Part shown: positions 24,360-38,102 of the stretch, piece after piece
Layout: each line of letters opens with the position of its first letter
Numbering within the stretch: position 1 is the stretch's first letter
Origin: Fistulifera solaris
Lineage: Eukaryota
DNA: 64,000 bases
Assembly: GCA_030295235.1 (NCBI GenBank)
Contig: AP026148.1
Span: 682,001-746,000, forward strand
Direction of reading: 5' to 3'
Notes under the pieces: model-generated
Seen by the model: only the letters and a program-made list of their open reading frames with translations
Databases searched by the model: none
What the model was told of the DNA's origin: nothing
Made by a program: the position numbers and the translations under genes

Positions 24360-27300
24360 ATGAAGGAAAGCACGAGTCGATTCTTCGCGAAAGAAAACAA
24401 AAAAGACGATGAGGTCAGTCGATCGTCGTCGCCCGTCGAGAAAGGTGAGACTGCATTCGAACGGGCCTCGATGAATGTATTCAATCAATTACCCAACGCT
24501 ACGAAGCAGACAACACATGAAAAAAAGCGACGACTTGGAGGAATGCTTACGGCGCGCGCAATACGAAATAGAATACGATGCGTATCGTGGTATCAAGACG
24601 TTATTACTGAATGAGGGCAATGAGATTCCCCCGAGTCCCTGGCAAGTGTGTCAATTTGGGAGTGTTTCGACAGCTTCTTCAAACGCCACAACATCCATGA
24701 TTGAATCGATTTATCAATGTTCCTGTCCAACCTTACAGGAATGGTGTGACGATATACACAAAAAGAGTAAGCGACGCAAATCATCGACGCCTCGAAAACA
24801 ATATGGGTGTCACAACAATCCTTTCTGTCTTCTGTCGTCGGGAGGTGTTCTGGAAGATATTAAAAGGATCGATGGCAAGCCTTTGGACAAACGCTGCGTG
24901 ATACCGAGAGCCCTAACCAGACGAATGTTTACCCCGCGGACACGCAGCAATTACTCAATCGCATCCGCACATCCTTTCGCGTACCGACAGAACGCATACG
25001 ACGCTACTACCACGATTTAGTGGGACCCGAACGCGTCGAAGAGGGTTTACGGGCCGTCCGGAAACACAACGATCATCTCGTATTCTCATTGGAAGACGTT
25101 ATCGAAGAAGAACCCGACGACAATTACGTTGACTCGTTGATTCTCAGTTGTCCTCCCGGGATGGAAAATTTAGGAGCCACTTGCTATTTGAATACACAAT
25201 TACAATGTTTGGCACAAAATTTGCGGTTCGTCGAAGGCATTCTGTCGTATCCATCCACGGGAGATGATCGGATGAGTGTAATATTGCGGCAATTTCAGAA
25301 TTTGTTGCGCGACATGACGTTGGGGCCATGCAAAGAAATCAATACTGCCGAATTCACCAAATCCTTGGGTTTGGATCATGCCGAACAGCAAGATCCGAAT
25401 GAATTCAGTCGACTTTTTTTGGACAAATTGCACACGAGTTTTCGGCAACATGAAAATGAAACCGACGAACTGTTGCCGTTTCTGTTTCAAGGCATTCAAC
25501 AATACGAGACGACGTGTCGGGGTTGTGGTTCCGTTTCCAAACGACCCGAACAGTTTATGGATTTGAACTTACCCATTATTCCGAAAAAGACCGGAAGTGT
25601 GCTGGAAATGATAGCAGATCCATCGCTGCAAGATTGTTTTGCAGCGGCTTACACGCAAGAAGAATTGCTGGAAGGCGACAATCAATATTTCTGCGACACG
25701 TGCCAAGGAAAACAAAACGCGACACGAAAGGTGACCTTTCAAAAGCTTCCACCGATATTGAACATTCAATTGAATCGTTATGTGTACAATATGCAGACAT
25801 TTATGAAACAAAAGGTAGAGCAACCCGTTTTGTTGAATGAGGATTTCCGGATCAAGGACCGAAAGTACCGGTTGGTGGCGGTCATGAAGCACAAAGGACG
25901 TTCGGCGTATCAGGGCCACTACATTGCAGAGGCTATGGATTGGTGTACAGGACTTTGGTACGAGTTCAATGATACCGTTGTCACATGGTTGCAAGATGGA
26001 CCGCGCAATGCGAGTCATGGTGCATCCTCGAGCAAGAAACTACCCGCAGGGTCGTCAGAGGCTTACAACATGTACTATGTGGAAGATGAATTCTTGGCGC
26101 AATGTGTGTGGGAAGCTTGCCTTAATCGAAGCAAACAACAGTATTCTCCTCTTTATTATGAATTACAAGAGCAATGTGACCGAGAGCGGAAGTTGTGGAA
26201 ATCTATCCAAGATCAAAAAGCGTTTATTCGTGATAAAATGAATGTTTTCCAAAAATTGAATTCGTCTGCAGTTTGGGTTGACACCGATACATGGGAGCTA
26301 TTTGTGAAATGCCAACCGCATGCTTTAATTTACGAGATGTGTCTGCACGGGCGAGGTTTATCACCGCGAGACGCTCGACAAGGCAAACTGATTCCACCGA
26401 GTGTTTTTGAAGTCTATTGTCAACTGACAAATCAACATTTTGATAAATCAACGTTGATTACTCCGAAATGTAATATGTTTTGCGACGAATGTACAGCAGA
26501 CTATCGAAAGTCACTCGCATCAAAAGTCAAGGTAGTGGAAACAGCAAGGCGAATTCTTCATGCTGTTCAAGGCAATGACCCTGAAGCGACAGACGGCGAT
26601 GATCTTTACACGTTCGTTGTTTCTAGGAAGTTTATCACGTCTTTTAAAGGAGATATGTCGAAGCTTGCCAAAGCGGTTATTGCCGCGAACGATGACTTGA
26701 GTATTGTAGACGTCTCGTCGTTCTTCGGTGAAGCTGTTGTCAATCAATGTATATCATGTAAGTGCAAACGGCGTTGGTAACGGTGTGCGAGTTATAGCGA
26801 ACATGTAACAGACTAATTAGCCTGTTCACCTTGGGTTTAGGTGAACATGGGAACTGCGAAATCACGAACAAGCGACGCGTCGTCCAAGTTTCACGGAGTG
26901 TTTGGACGGACATCGTGCACCTATATCCGAATTCTATTGAGCACAAGCGTCTATTTCGGCCAGAGGATGATGTCGATTATACTTGTCCACAATGTAGAGC
27001 CTTCTCAACTACCTTGGATACGAAACGTGAGTATTTGTCGGAGCTCCTGCGATTCAAATTGGACACGCTTCGCCCAAGCGAAATAGTCGGTCTGGACCAG
27101 GAAGACTATAAAAAGTTTTCATTTCGCATCATTCACTCGGATGACTGGACCATCTGGAATCGTTTCTTACAAGCTGCAAAGAGGCAACTTGATTGCGGTA
27201 CAATATCCGATCAAGCAAAGACTGTTTTGAAGCAGGTCAATCGCTGGAATTATGAGAAGTACACATCGATACAAGCTGTTTGTGGTAGCACAGCGGAGTT

Positions 27301-28909
27301 TCTTTCTCGCACGGTCCATCCTTTCGTATGCCGCGCTCATGGGCAGCCTCTTGAATCAGCTCTTTTCCTTCCAAATGTAAACCCAAATCGTCTTGATGAA
27401 GGCAAGTTGTTGATAATGGGAGACCCGATGTATAGAAAGCTCACAAATCACTGGGAACGCGTTACCAGGGAGGTCTTGGTTGATGAAGCAGACGCTGAAG
27501 CCACGAGCTCGATGCAATGGCTTCATCCGTCATTTCGACACGCACAGTCTGACAAGACAGGAGCTTCGTTTGTCATTTCATCAGATATGATTTCCATGCG
27601 GTTCATTTTGGAAGGTCAAGTTTGCAAAGACCCAGAATGCAACTCGAATTATTGCCTCTGGATGGATTCGTGCAAAACTCCGGGCAGTGCTGCACATGAA
27701 CCGATTGCGATCGATATGGATGGAGTATCACTTCCTGGAGTAACCTTGTCTGTTTTTGAAGTCGAACCTGGAACGACCACGGAAAATTTTACTGCTGATA
27801 AAGATTCTACAGCGACAGCCGAAGACGCATCCATGGACCAAATGCAAAGCCTTCGTCGTTCCACTCGCAAAAAGAAATCGCGATATCCCAAAGGATGTAT
27901 TTTGTCGGAACAACTATTGAACATCAATATGCAATCAAACCTCGCTGCGCTTCGTCTTTTCTTGCTCGAGCGGTGTACGGAAGGAAGTCCGTTTGAAGTT
28001 TCTCATACCATTCAAATGCTTGTCCCACATGAGGAAAGCCAAAATCAGGGATACCGAGTGATTGATCTACCACTCGATAAATCAGGTGAAAAACTGGAAG
28101 ATATTCTTGCGGAAGACATGAAAAAGCCATTTGCCGACGTTCCCAGAAGTTTTATAAGTAGAATAATCATCACACGTCAGGCACTTGAAATGGTTGGCGG
28201 AATGCCAAAAGAGGCACTGTTGGACCATTTCATGAGCATTTCCAGCGATGTGCAGCCCGTTCGCAAGAAACGACGCGTTGAACGGGGATTCACGGGAACG
28301 TTTCTGAGTTCGATTCCGTCGAACCACGAGCAAGAAGGTAAAGACGACAATGACTCCATGGTTGAAGAACTTGAAAGCTTTGAGGTACCAGGACTGAGCT
28401 TCATCCTCCAGACGGGTGTTTATGAAGAGGACGATGAATCAGTTCGCATGTTACCAACCCCTCAGAGAAGGAGTGACGTGTTGCGTGCTACATCCGAGAA
28501 TGATAACGGTACCGACGGTGACTCGGTTCAAGTTGTGGGAGCTTCATCTGCTGTGCAAACCGAATCAATGATTCAGCCATCATTTCCACTACAAAATAAG
28601 GAACTTACTCGGAGTGGACTGATTTCCGTCGCTTCCTCGGACGACGATGACTCAATTCTCCACGGTGGACCTGTATTTCAAACTTCATCCGAGGCCAAAC
28701 AAAGAAGTGAAGAACTTCACCACGAAAGACAACTGAGAGAGCGCATTCACGATCTGGTTCGTCTGTTGGAGCAGAATCCTGACGTTGAAAATCGATCTAA
28801 TATGTTCCTTGCCGCAGAAAAAGCAATACAAGAACAGCCAGATTTACCCATGGACGATTTGCTAATGTTTGCCTACTGTCACTACAGTGAGATCCAGTCC
28901 TCCACGTAA
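24360..28909 (+). CDS. USP48-like ubiquitin C-terminal hydrolase; intron 26758-26840; frameshifts in the 5' part
   Basis: CHNNPFCL N-terminal motif, GMENLGATCYLNTQLQCL, QQDPNEF, HKGRSAYQGHY..FND and C.HG repeats. Confidence 0.85.
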
Positions 28910-29849
28910 CTGAGTTGACCATCGATAACGGAATCGTTGCTTGTACGCATGCTTTGGTTTCATGTTCTAGGCTACGTGGCCGACGCTAGTCATCGCCCGT
29001 CCGGTCGATGATTTCGTTCAGACTTATTGCAAACCGTATGACGAGGGCAAATTTGTAGAAAGACTGTCAAGCGATTTTCAAATCCCGAATAGCGGGTATT
29101 TTTTCACAAGGCTCGATCGGCCAGGAATTTTTCTTCAACGAATTTCGCAGTTTGAGACGTGATTTGCAACAACTGTTATTGTAATTATAATTGTACCTTT
29201 ACCATCGCCATCATGATCATTTGAGACCATAGTCAGTCAGATCAGATCCGATGAAAGTCGGTTGTAAGTTCATTATGCTTCTTTCCAAATTCGTGATTGG
29301 TGAGTAAATGGAGTCGTGGCAATATACAATGTGCACTATTGGACCATACCAGGTTGCAGCGGAACGATCCGAGACGATGTTCGACATGAAAATGAGTCAA
29401 GGAATGCGCTGCAAAGCCTCTGAAGTTTCACTTGTACTCTTTCAATGCTATTTAATTCGCAAATCGTATTTACAACAGGAATTGGCAACAGAAGTCAAAA
29501 TTCTTCAATCCCCAAGCTCTCGTGCTTTTCCATTTACTCTCCAACAAATTTGCTGCAATTACATGATGTACGTGTTGACAACTGATCAGTGAGATATGAT
29601 CATCCTTTTGATGGAGTTGGTATCTTTTATTTTACAATCATTAGGAAGAAACGAACTACATGCGACTTCACTTGCTTTTTCACTATACGATACAGTGAAG
29701 GCGACCATTTCTAACGATTGGCGACTCGACCTCGTGTCAGTCACGGAACGTGTTTGGCAACAACAGCAACCAGAAGCCATAAAATAAACCGCCGTTACAT
29801 CTTCGAATCTACCATTCCATCATATTCCTAACACACTAGTAATTCAACC

Positions 29850-30809
29850 ATGTTCTCGGCGAACGAAAATGTCTTGTTACGTCAACACAAAAAGCGCATT
29901 GTCGCGCTCGTAGAAGAAACCATTCCGGAAGACTGTTTGGATTTGGGTGTCCAAGTGATGGTGATGGAAGTTAAATGTCAAGCGCCCGGTTGCGTGCCTC
30001 TCGAAACAGTGATATTAATAGTTTTTCCGAAAGTTACGAATCCAGCCGATGGCAATTTTTTATTACCTGGATTGCCGCAATCCAACGGAGGCAATTTCAA
30101 GACCAAAATTCTCATGCCCATGGCGAATGTCACGAAAGACGATGTGCTGGATGCCTTGCCTCCGCAATTTATGGGAGGACGACGCTCGATTCCCAAATTG
30201 GCGTTACAGGCTCGGGATGTCATGTTGGGACAAATTACGCAACTGTTTGACGACAAAGAATCAAGAAAACTCATGGCGGAGTATTTGCAACAGCAGTTGC
30301 AGGAATTTGTCAAGCGGGATTGTGAGGAGCCCGTGTGGGGGCAAGAATACGAGTCTACAACGAGGAGTAGTGCTTCTTTGGTGGATGAGACGACCCAATT
30401 ATCATTAGGTGAGAGCACGAAAAGCAGTCGTCCAGAGTTCGACAACACAAGTGCATCACTGACGAGCAACGACACTCTCACCAACCAGGCACAACAGATG
30501 GATCTATTACGAAATAGCAACAAAAATGTAGTCATTCGGAGAGTCTTGGATAGTACTCCTCCGGTGTCGTCTGTATCAGCTCTACCAACACCAATTCTAC
30601 CAACCTCGCATGCCCACACTTCATTACCCATTGAATCTGTCGCCGCCCGCCGCCGACAACAAAACTGGTCACGCGCCTTGTCTTCTTCGCCTTCGCCCTT
30701 ACAACTACTAACACAAAGACAACATGCACCGGGCTTACGACCCGTCGGTTGTCCCTGTTGTGATCCCGACAATCCTTCGAATGTGGCCGATCAGTTTCTG
30801 CATTTGTAA
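29850..30809 (+). CDS. Uncharacterised protein with Cys motifs
   Basis: Clean 319-aa ORF with MEVKCQAPGCVPLET and C-terminal GCPCCDPD. Confidence 0.8.
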   Translation: MFSANENVLLRQHKKRIVALVEETIPEDCLDLGVQVMVMEVKCQAPGCVPLETVILIVFPKVTNPADGNFLLPGLPQSNGGNFKTKILMPMANVTKDDVLDALPPQFMGGRRSIPKLALQARDVMLGQITQLFDDKESRKLMAEYLQQQLQEFVKRDCEEPVWGQEYESTTRSSASLVDETTQLSLGESTKSSRPEFDNTSASLTSNDTLTNQAQQMDLLRNSNKNVVIRRVLDSTPPVSSVSALPTPILPTSHAHTSLPIESVAARRRQQNWSRALSSSPSPLQLLTQRQHAPGLRPVGCPCCDPDNPSNVADQFLHL

Positions 30810-31397
30810 CCCTAGAAGGTACGAATGATAGAATGAATCGCATGAACTTGGTGTAATTATGAGAATCAAATCACTCATAATTTAATGATAAGATTTCAAA
30901 CATGTGCGATATTATAGCTGCAGGAGAGTTGTTCTAGCAAGAACGAACGTACCTGTTACTTGCGTTCCTTTTCTTTCTTTCGTGTTTGAACTACATCGTG
31001 ATTCTTCAAGCCGTGACCAACGACGGTCCTTGATGTTACGTCACACAATCCCTTCCTCGTTACGACCCGTTTGTGATGACGTGGATCAAATTGGTTTCGG
31101 GTGTGACGTGTGCTTCCGGAATCAATCGTACAATAGTATGACGTACGCACGTAACATGGGATCGTGATTCGAAACATTCTAGTGGACAGTCGGGTCATTC
31201 GTACATTCGAGCCTTTATTCGTTTCGATTGTGGGATGTTCTGTAGATGCGTAAGTGCGGGCGTTTTCCGCAACGTGAGCCATCAGATTCATTCTTCGCAA
31301 AAAAGCGATGGAATTGTTTTTTTTTTTCTCATTAAAAAATTTAACCTTTGACTGCCATTGCACAACTTCTTCTGCATATATATAACCAGAACAAATC

Positions 31398-32552
31398 ATG
31401 CTGAAAGCTCCTTCTAGTTCACCCATGGCAACATCTGCCGCTGCGGCTCCTCCCAGTCTACTCACGCAAGTAGGTATGGCTGGAGGAGCTGCCGTCATTA
31501 CAGTGACTTTTATTCATCCGATTGATGTTGTCAAAGTACGTTCCTTGTTGAATGGGAATATGCAATGACCCCTGTTCAGCGACTAAAGATACTTATCCCT
31601 TATCTCTCTTTTCTTGGGCTCTTTTTTCTTTCCCTCCTTTACCTTGTCTTTTCTCTCTCTCGTAACCTTCCCAACGCTCTCTTTCAACATAACAGACCCG
31701 CATTCAAATCAGTTCCGAGTTTGCCGAGTTGGGAATGTTCGGAACCATCAAGAAGGTTTCCGGCGAAGAAGGTGTCCTTGGTTTGTGGAAAGGAGTCAAT
31801 GCCGCTTGGTTGCGGGAAGCCTCGTACACTTCGTTACGTTTGGGTCTTTACGAACCCATCAAGGTCGTCTTTGGTTGCAACGACCCGGCGACTGCGACCT
31901 TTGTTGGTAAATTCTTGGCAGGATCGGCCGCCGGTGCCATCGGATCCGTCGCCGGTAATCCGGTGAGTTGCTGCTAACTGTTGAATTTAGTCATGATACG
32001 CTTCTCTTTTTTTCAGTGCACTCACAATTCACCATCTCACTACTATGACAGTTCGACGTTTTGAAAACACGACTCATGGCCGCCAAGGGAGCCGAAGTTC
32101 CCTCCATGGTGTCCATTGCCAAAGATTTGTACTCCAAACAAGGCATTTCTGGCTTTTACCGAGGTATTGACTCCAACATTGCCCGCGCCATGGTGTTGAA
32201 TGGAACCAAGATGGGTGTTTACGATCAATCCAAGGGATACGTAGTGCAATTGACGGGCCTCCCCAAGTCCTCCCTCATGACACAATTCTGTTCGGCCGTC
32301 GTCGCCGGCTTTTTCATGACGTGCACGGTGTCACCCTTTGATATGATTCGTACGCGTCTCATGAATCAACCGTCCGATGCCAAGTTGTACAACAATGCCG
32401 TCGATTGCATGATCAAAATTGCTACACAAGAAGGTCCTTTGACCTTTTGGCGTGGATTTATGCCCATTTGGTCGCGCTTTGCTCCCACCACGACACTGCA
32501 ATTGGTCATTTTTGAACAAATGCGAACGATCATGGGAATGAAGTCTTTGTAA
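31398..32552 (+). CDS. Mitochondrial carrier (SLC25; UCP/2-oxoglutarate-malate type); introns ~31537-31695 and ~31963-32051
   Basis: Three PxDxxKxR signatures (HPIDVVKTR, NPFDVLKTR, SPFDMIRTR) and REASYTSLRLGLYE. Confidence 0.92.
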
Positions 32553-32631
32553 ACGATCCTAGTCAACAAGAAGTATAAGTGAACGGTGGTTTGGTTTTTA
32601 CATTGCCCTACTAGTTTACTTTCTATTTCTT

Positions 32632-34328
32632 TTAATACTGTTGATCGCGGATTTCTTGTAACCACTGCTCGAGAACCGCACGAATCTGTTGATGCGCTTC
32701 CACAACATCGGGAGTATCTAAATGATCGTCCGGATGATTCGACAAGTCGGAATGGTGAGCGCCATTCACCATATTGATGACGGGCAAATCGTCCGAGATG
32801 CTCTCCAAAGAGATCCGGCACTCCACATGTCGTTCAGTCCGTTGGTAAAGAGAATCTTGGTGGCATTGGCACGGATCAAGTCGTCAAAGTGATACATGTG
32901 CAATAGTTTGTAGGGTTTCGGCGTCACTTGGAAGCGGCGTTCGCAGTGCTGTGTTAACCATTCCAACGTCCATGGACGGTAGGGAAACATGGATTCGTGG
33001 GAAAAGCCAATGGCCGGTGTCAATGTGGAACAGCAATGGAAATCAAACATCATGCCATCGTATCCAACACCCACGCCACTCCAGTCGGCGCCACTGATAC
33101 TGGAATGATGTCCTGCCGGCAATTGACTGCTCATATCGAAGCAGGGTAATAGGTTATCATTGTAGAATTCAACATATTTCCAGAATTGCGACAATTTCTC
33201 GGTCGGCGTGTTGTAGTGATCATTCAAAAAAACGTGATGACACACATCGTATAGATCTGTGGAATGATCCGGCGGATACGCAAACATGTTGAAATCGGCA
33301 AACGTATACCCCACAATCATCATCATTTCCTGTGACAGTAGTTCCGCATTGGTAATATAAGTGGGGATGGTACCCGGGCAAATATTGAGATCATGACGCG
33401 CAAAGTGAATGTAATCATCGTCCACGTGACGAATTTGTCGGTCGACCGCTTCCAACGTTTCCCGCACCGCTTGCGCACATCCCGGTGCTACTTGATCCGT
33501 TACACGTGTCACCACATCCATATAACCAAACTGGTCGGCATCCATCGACCACAGTTTGAGTGGCGCCGAGGACGCGTACGCGATATCGACCTGATCCGGA
33601 TAATGAATCCGCATCAAGGTGGCGACAAACGCCGGATACGACCCTCCGACCGCAATGACGGGACAGTAGTGGGGTGAGGTCTTGTCGAGACTGCAATGAT
33701 ATTGATTTTTGAAGCGTCTCACAATGGCCAGCATGTCTTCGATCGCATTTGGCAACGTCAAGAGTTGCACAAGTTCTTCGTTGGTGACTGGATCTACCGG
33801 TTGACTGACACCATAAAAACGATGTTCCGGATGTAATACAAGTGCTCCCCAATGCTCGGCCAAGTACTGATCCACAAACGGATAAAACATGCCGGTATCG
33901 ATGCCCCCTTCTCCTCCTACTACGAGAATGATGGGATGACCGGGTCCGCGGAAGAATTTGGTTTCAATGAAATAACGTTGGGGCCATGTATCGGTGTTGG
34001 ACGAATCGAAATGATCGACTTTTTGTGAAAAGTAATGCGGTGTATCTCCCGGACTGCGTTGTACTTTTTGCCACATTTTCTTTTTATTGTGAGTTGTAGA
34101 TGTTGTAGATGCTGTAGAATACAGAGCCGCGAGGAACAACAAAGCAATGCCTGCAGCCAGTAGAATCGGACCCGATGCACGACAACCAGGACGCCGATGA
34201 TGATGAAAGAAAGCAGCCGATGATTCTTTTTTGTGGGTGATGGTGTCATGTTGCTCATCATTGTTCGTGTCAAGTGTCACGACAGGAATGCTTCCGTACT
34301 GATACGAAGGCGACGAAGATTGTGTCAT
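32632..34328 (-). CDS. Peptidase S28 (Pro-X carboxypeptidase-like); frameshift near 32812
   Basis: QKVDHF, GGEG, EHRFYGVSQP, nucleophile GGSY, NGLND and AHHSDL, with an N-terminal TM segment. Confidence 0.9.
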
Positions 34329-35009
34329 ACTACTATCGGGATATTGACCAAACTGCAAGTAGAAGATCGATTCAAAGATATGCTATTGCTTTCAATACAG
34401 CATCAAAGTAGCGAATGCTTTCCGAGTAATATAACCAGGTAGAAGATCGCTATCCAACAAAAGGTATCGGCATCAATCGACATCAATCGACATCACTCTG
34501 CTTTGTCGATCCGACGACGACTCCTCACTCCTCACTCGACACGAAAATTCATCCCAAAACGTGAGACGGATGCATCTTAGAGATACTCTAAGCTTATAGT
34601 GTAGTGCAGTGTCGACTGGAGTGTCGCTGTTGTCGGAGTGTTGCCGCGAATGAAACTGCAAAGTGCAAAGTGCAAAGTGATTGGTGATTGGACTTTCTCA
34701 TGACTGAAAACTGCAAAAATGGGTGCCTACATTGTACGAGTATAGTCACAATAGATCCACTCCGGGTATCTTCTATCCTCTCTGGTGATTTTTTTTTACG
34801 TAAAACTTTTCCCTACGAAGGCAAAAGTGAAATTCTTGTAAAAAGTTCGGAGTATCACAATCAAAGTCTTTTCGATGCTTGAAGCTAGACAGGACATTTC
34901 ATTACCAGGTATCGTCGGAAGACACGATCAATGTAAATTATTGGTGAAGTTTACGCTTCAGGCGTTGCGCTGTCGACTAAAGAAAAGGGTACAGACTTTC
35001 AGACTCAAT

Positions 35010-35030
35010 ACTCATGACTGAAATCTAGTC
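35010..35030 (-). promoter_or_regulatory. Recurrent intergenic motif copy (ACTCATGACTGAAATCTAGTC)
   Basis: One mismatch to the consensus, about 185 bp upstream of the MetAP1 start. A partial copy lies at 34697-34709. Confidence 0.55.
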
Positions 35031-35214
35031 TTGGAGAAAACAAATGAAACGAAACGGTGCGTCTGTCATGCACCCCGTATCATCGTTGTTGACGACCGTC
35101 AAAAACCGCATTTCCGTCCATTCACTTCTTTCTTTCTTTCTTGCTAAGCCTTATTATTATTATCTCAACAGCAACCTCCAAACCCTTTTTCTAAGCAACT
35201 CAAAATACACAAAA

Positions 35215-36546
35215 ATGACAACAATCGAATCCTGCGCGACGCCGGGCTGCACAAACCCCTTAACACAACGCTTAGCTTGCCCCAAATGTCAACAAATGGG
35301 CATTCCCATTGCTTACTTTTGCGGTCAATCTTGTTTTGCGCAGAATTATGCCAAACACAAGCAAGTACACGTTTTGTATCAACAACTAAAACAGCAACAA
35401 GTGTTGCAGTCGTTTGAGTGAGTCCTACAAAGTCAATGGTTTCCAATGGCTTCATCCTATAGATGTATATATATATATATATACATCTTTCTCTCCACAC
35501 ACTGAATCTCTCTCGCACATTATTATTATAGCCCCACAACGACTTGTCCCGACGACGCCACCATGGAACAAAAATTACAATTACCCCACTGGGCACGAGA
35601 TTATCGTTTTACCGGAACCCTCCGTCCGACACTGCTCAGTCCCCGTCGGACCGTCCCAACATCGATTCGACAACCCGATTATGCGCAACATCCGGCGGGT
35701 GTTTGCACGCATGAACAAAATGAACGCAACAAACCACCGCATATACGTTGTTATACAGACGAAGAAATCAATGGAGAAGTAGGATTGCGACACGTGTGTC
35801 AAATGGGACGGGAAATCCTCGATATTGCCGGAAAAGCCGTGCGGGTGGGAGTTACGACGGACGAATTGGATCGGATTGTCCACGAGGCGACTTTGGAACG
35901 CGACTGTTATCCTTCGCCGTTGAATTATTATCGATTTCCGAAAAGTGTATGTACCAGTGTCAATGAAGTCATTTGTCACGGTATCCCGGATCATCGCGAA
36001 TTGTGCGATGGTGATATTGTGAATTTGGATATTAGTGCCTACAATCGTGGTGGATATCATGGCGATTTGAATGAAACTTTCCTTGTGGGTAATGTGGATG
36101 CGGAAGGACAGAAATTAGTCAAGACAGCCTTTGATTGTTTGGCGACGGCCTTGGAACTGGTCCGGCCGGGGACGTTGTATCGAGACTTGGGAGCCGCCAT
36201 TGAACGCAAGGCCAAGGAAACGCAGTGCAGTGTCGTTCGAACATATTGTGGACATGGAATCGGTCATGAGCTATTTCATACTATCCCCAACATTCCGCAT
36301 TACGGCAAAAACAAGGCCAAGGGTGTCATGAAAGTGGGACACGTCTTCACGATTGAGCCGATGATCAACTTGGGGACCAGTGGTGACAAGACGTGGCAAG
36401 ATGATTGGACGGCCGTTACGACGGATGGAAAACGCAGTGCCCAATTTGAACATACTTTGGTGGTGACGGAAACGGGATACGACTTGTTGACGAAACGAAA
36501 GGATGAACCGGTGATGACTTGGAAACCCGAATTATTGCAGCGATGA
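35215..36546 (+). CDS. METAP1: Methionine aminopeptidase 1 with N-terminal zinc finger; intron 35418-35531
   Basis: [67 protein letters not shown] and SAQFEHT. Confidence 0.96.
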
Positions 36547-36783
36547 TAAGTCACCGTAAACTTTTGCTGTGTAAAGCTTACTTTGCGTTGTTGCATCAGC
36601 CATTGTAACAGTTTGATAAATTATTGTCATACTGATAGATATATTTTTTTTCATTTCGTCGTAGTGATGAAGTGTAAGCCTTGGTGAGGTACAAGTACGG
36701 TAGAGATCCCTCACGATTATTATTATTTGTGCTTCTCTGTTCGACTAAAATCCTATAGTAAAATGTAGGCGGCATTTCAACAG

Positions 36784-36802
36784 GACTGGATTTCAGTCAC
36801 GA
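36784..36802 (+). promoter_or_regulatory. Recurrent intergenic motif copy (GACTGGATTTCAGTCACGA)
   Basis: About 240 bp upstream of the elongase start, followed by a GTAC-rich tract. Confidence 0.5.
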
Positions 36803-37038
36803 CAAATGTCATATCGAGCGTCTGTACGCCCATCACATGGGAGTACGTGGTACTGGTACGTACTTTGTAGTGTGTGCGGGAAAAATGAGGCGCTGCGAAA
36901 GCATCATCGAGAAAGACAACAAAACATACACACGTCGTTTTTGTCATCATCGCATCTATCTTTCTCCCTCTCCAAGAAAAAGACTCTTCTTTCTCATCAT
37001 TCCGTTGTGTCTTCCCAAGGCATTCATCTTCCTTAAAC

Positions 37039-38008
37039 ATGTCTTTAGCAGATAACTATATTGCTACTTTGGACTCCGTTGGTGAATCCATTTTAAAATG
37101 GTCCGATCCGGAAAACCAGTTTCGGGGTTACACCAATGTACGTAACGTGATGTCATCTTGCGGCTTCCTAGGCTTTTCATTTGCTTGCTTGCTTGCTTGC
37201 TTGCTTGCCTGTTTTCTACTATCCAAACTGCCCTGACTCATTTCCCCATTCACCCTTTCTTCTCAATCATAGGATTGGCCCTTGGCGCGCTTCTCGACTG
37301 CCCTCAGCATCGCTCTGGCGTACTTCCTCTTTGTCGTCTTGGGAAGTGCCATTATGAAGCTTGGTGTCCCCGCGATGGAACTCTATCCGCTCAAATTCGT
37401 CTACAACGTGTCACAGATCATGTTGTGCGCGTACATGACCCTCGAAGCGCTCTTTTCTGGCCTACCGTAACGGTTACACCGTCACGCCGTGTGTCGGATA
37501 CGATCAAATGAATCCGCCTGTTGCCAACTTGTTGTGGCTTTTTTACATTTCCAAGGTGTGGGATTTTTGGGATACCATCTTTATTGTGACGGGAAAGAAA
37601 TGGCGTCAATTGAGTTTCTTGCACGTCTACCATCACATTACCATCTTTCTCTTTTATTGGCTCAACTCGCACGTCAATTACGATGGTGATGTCTACTTGA
37701 CCGTCCTTCTGAATGGATTCATTCATACCGTCATGTACACGTACTACTTTATCTGCATGCACACCAAGGTTCCCGAAACCGGAAAGTCATTGCCCATTTG
37801 GTGGAAATCGAGTTTGACCATGATGCAAATGATTCAGTTTATCACCATGATGTCGCAGGGATCGTACCTTTTGGTGACGCAGTGTAAAACCACCAGTCTG
37901 CGTGTTGTGGCTTGTTACATTGTTTACATTCTCAGTCTATTTGTGCTATTTGCGCAATTCTTTGTGCAATCCTACGTCAAGCCGAGCAAGAAGAAGAAGC
38001 AATCTTAA
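37039..38008 (+). CDS. ELO-type PUFA elongase (Δ6-elongase-like); intron ~37138-37272; frameshift near 37455
   Basis: KVWDFWDT, QLSFLHVYHH, NGFIHTVMYTYY, WWKSSLT and a KKKKQS ER-retention tail. Closely resembles diatom Δ6 elongases as I recall them. Confidence 0.92.
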
Positions 38009-38102
38009 ACTCATTTTTTAAAAAAAATGAAGCAGAGAATATATTTCGTAATAATTTAACGTTAACCACCGCAATTCTTTATTCCACTCCTGTATTTCAC
38101 AA

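Noticed and set aside
29978..30772. Long antisense ORFs (also 48256-48942 and 42208-42753)
   Set aside because: Shadows of real genes on the opposite strand.
35466..37210. (AT)n and (GCTT)n microsatellites
   Set aside because: Ordinary intronic simple repeats.
5407..38008. Lipid or secondary-metabolite gene cluster (PPTase, CCD, CER1/3, GMC, elongase)
   Set aside because: The genes are spread over more than 30 kb among housekeeping genes, with no PKS or NRPS core.
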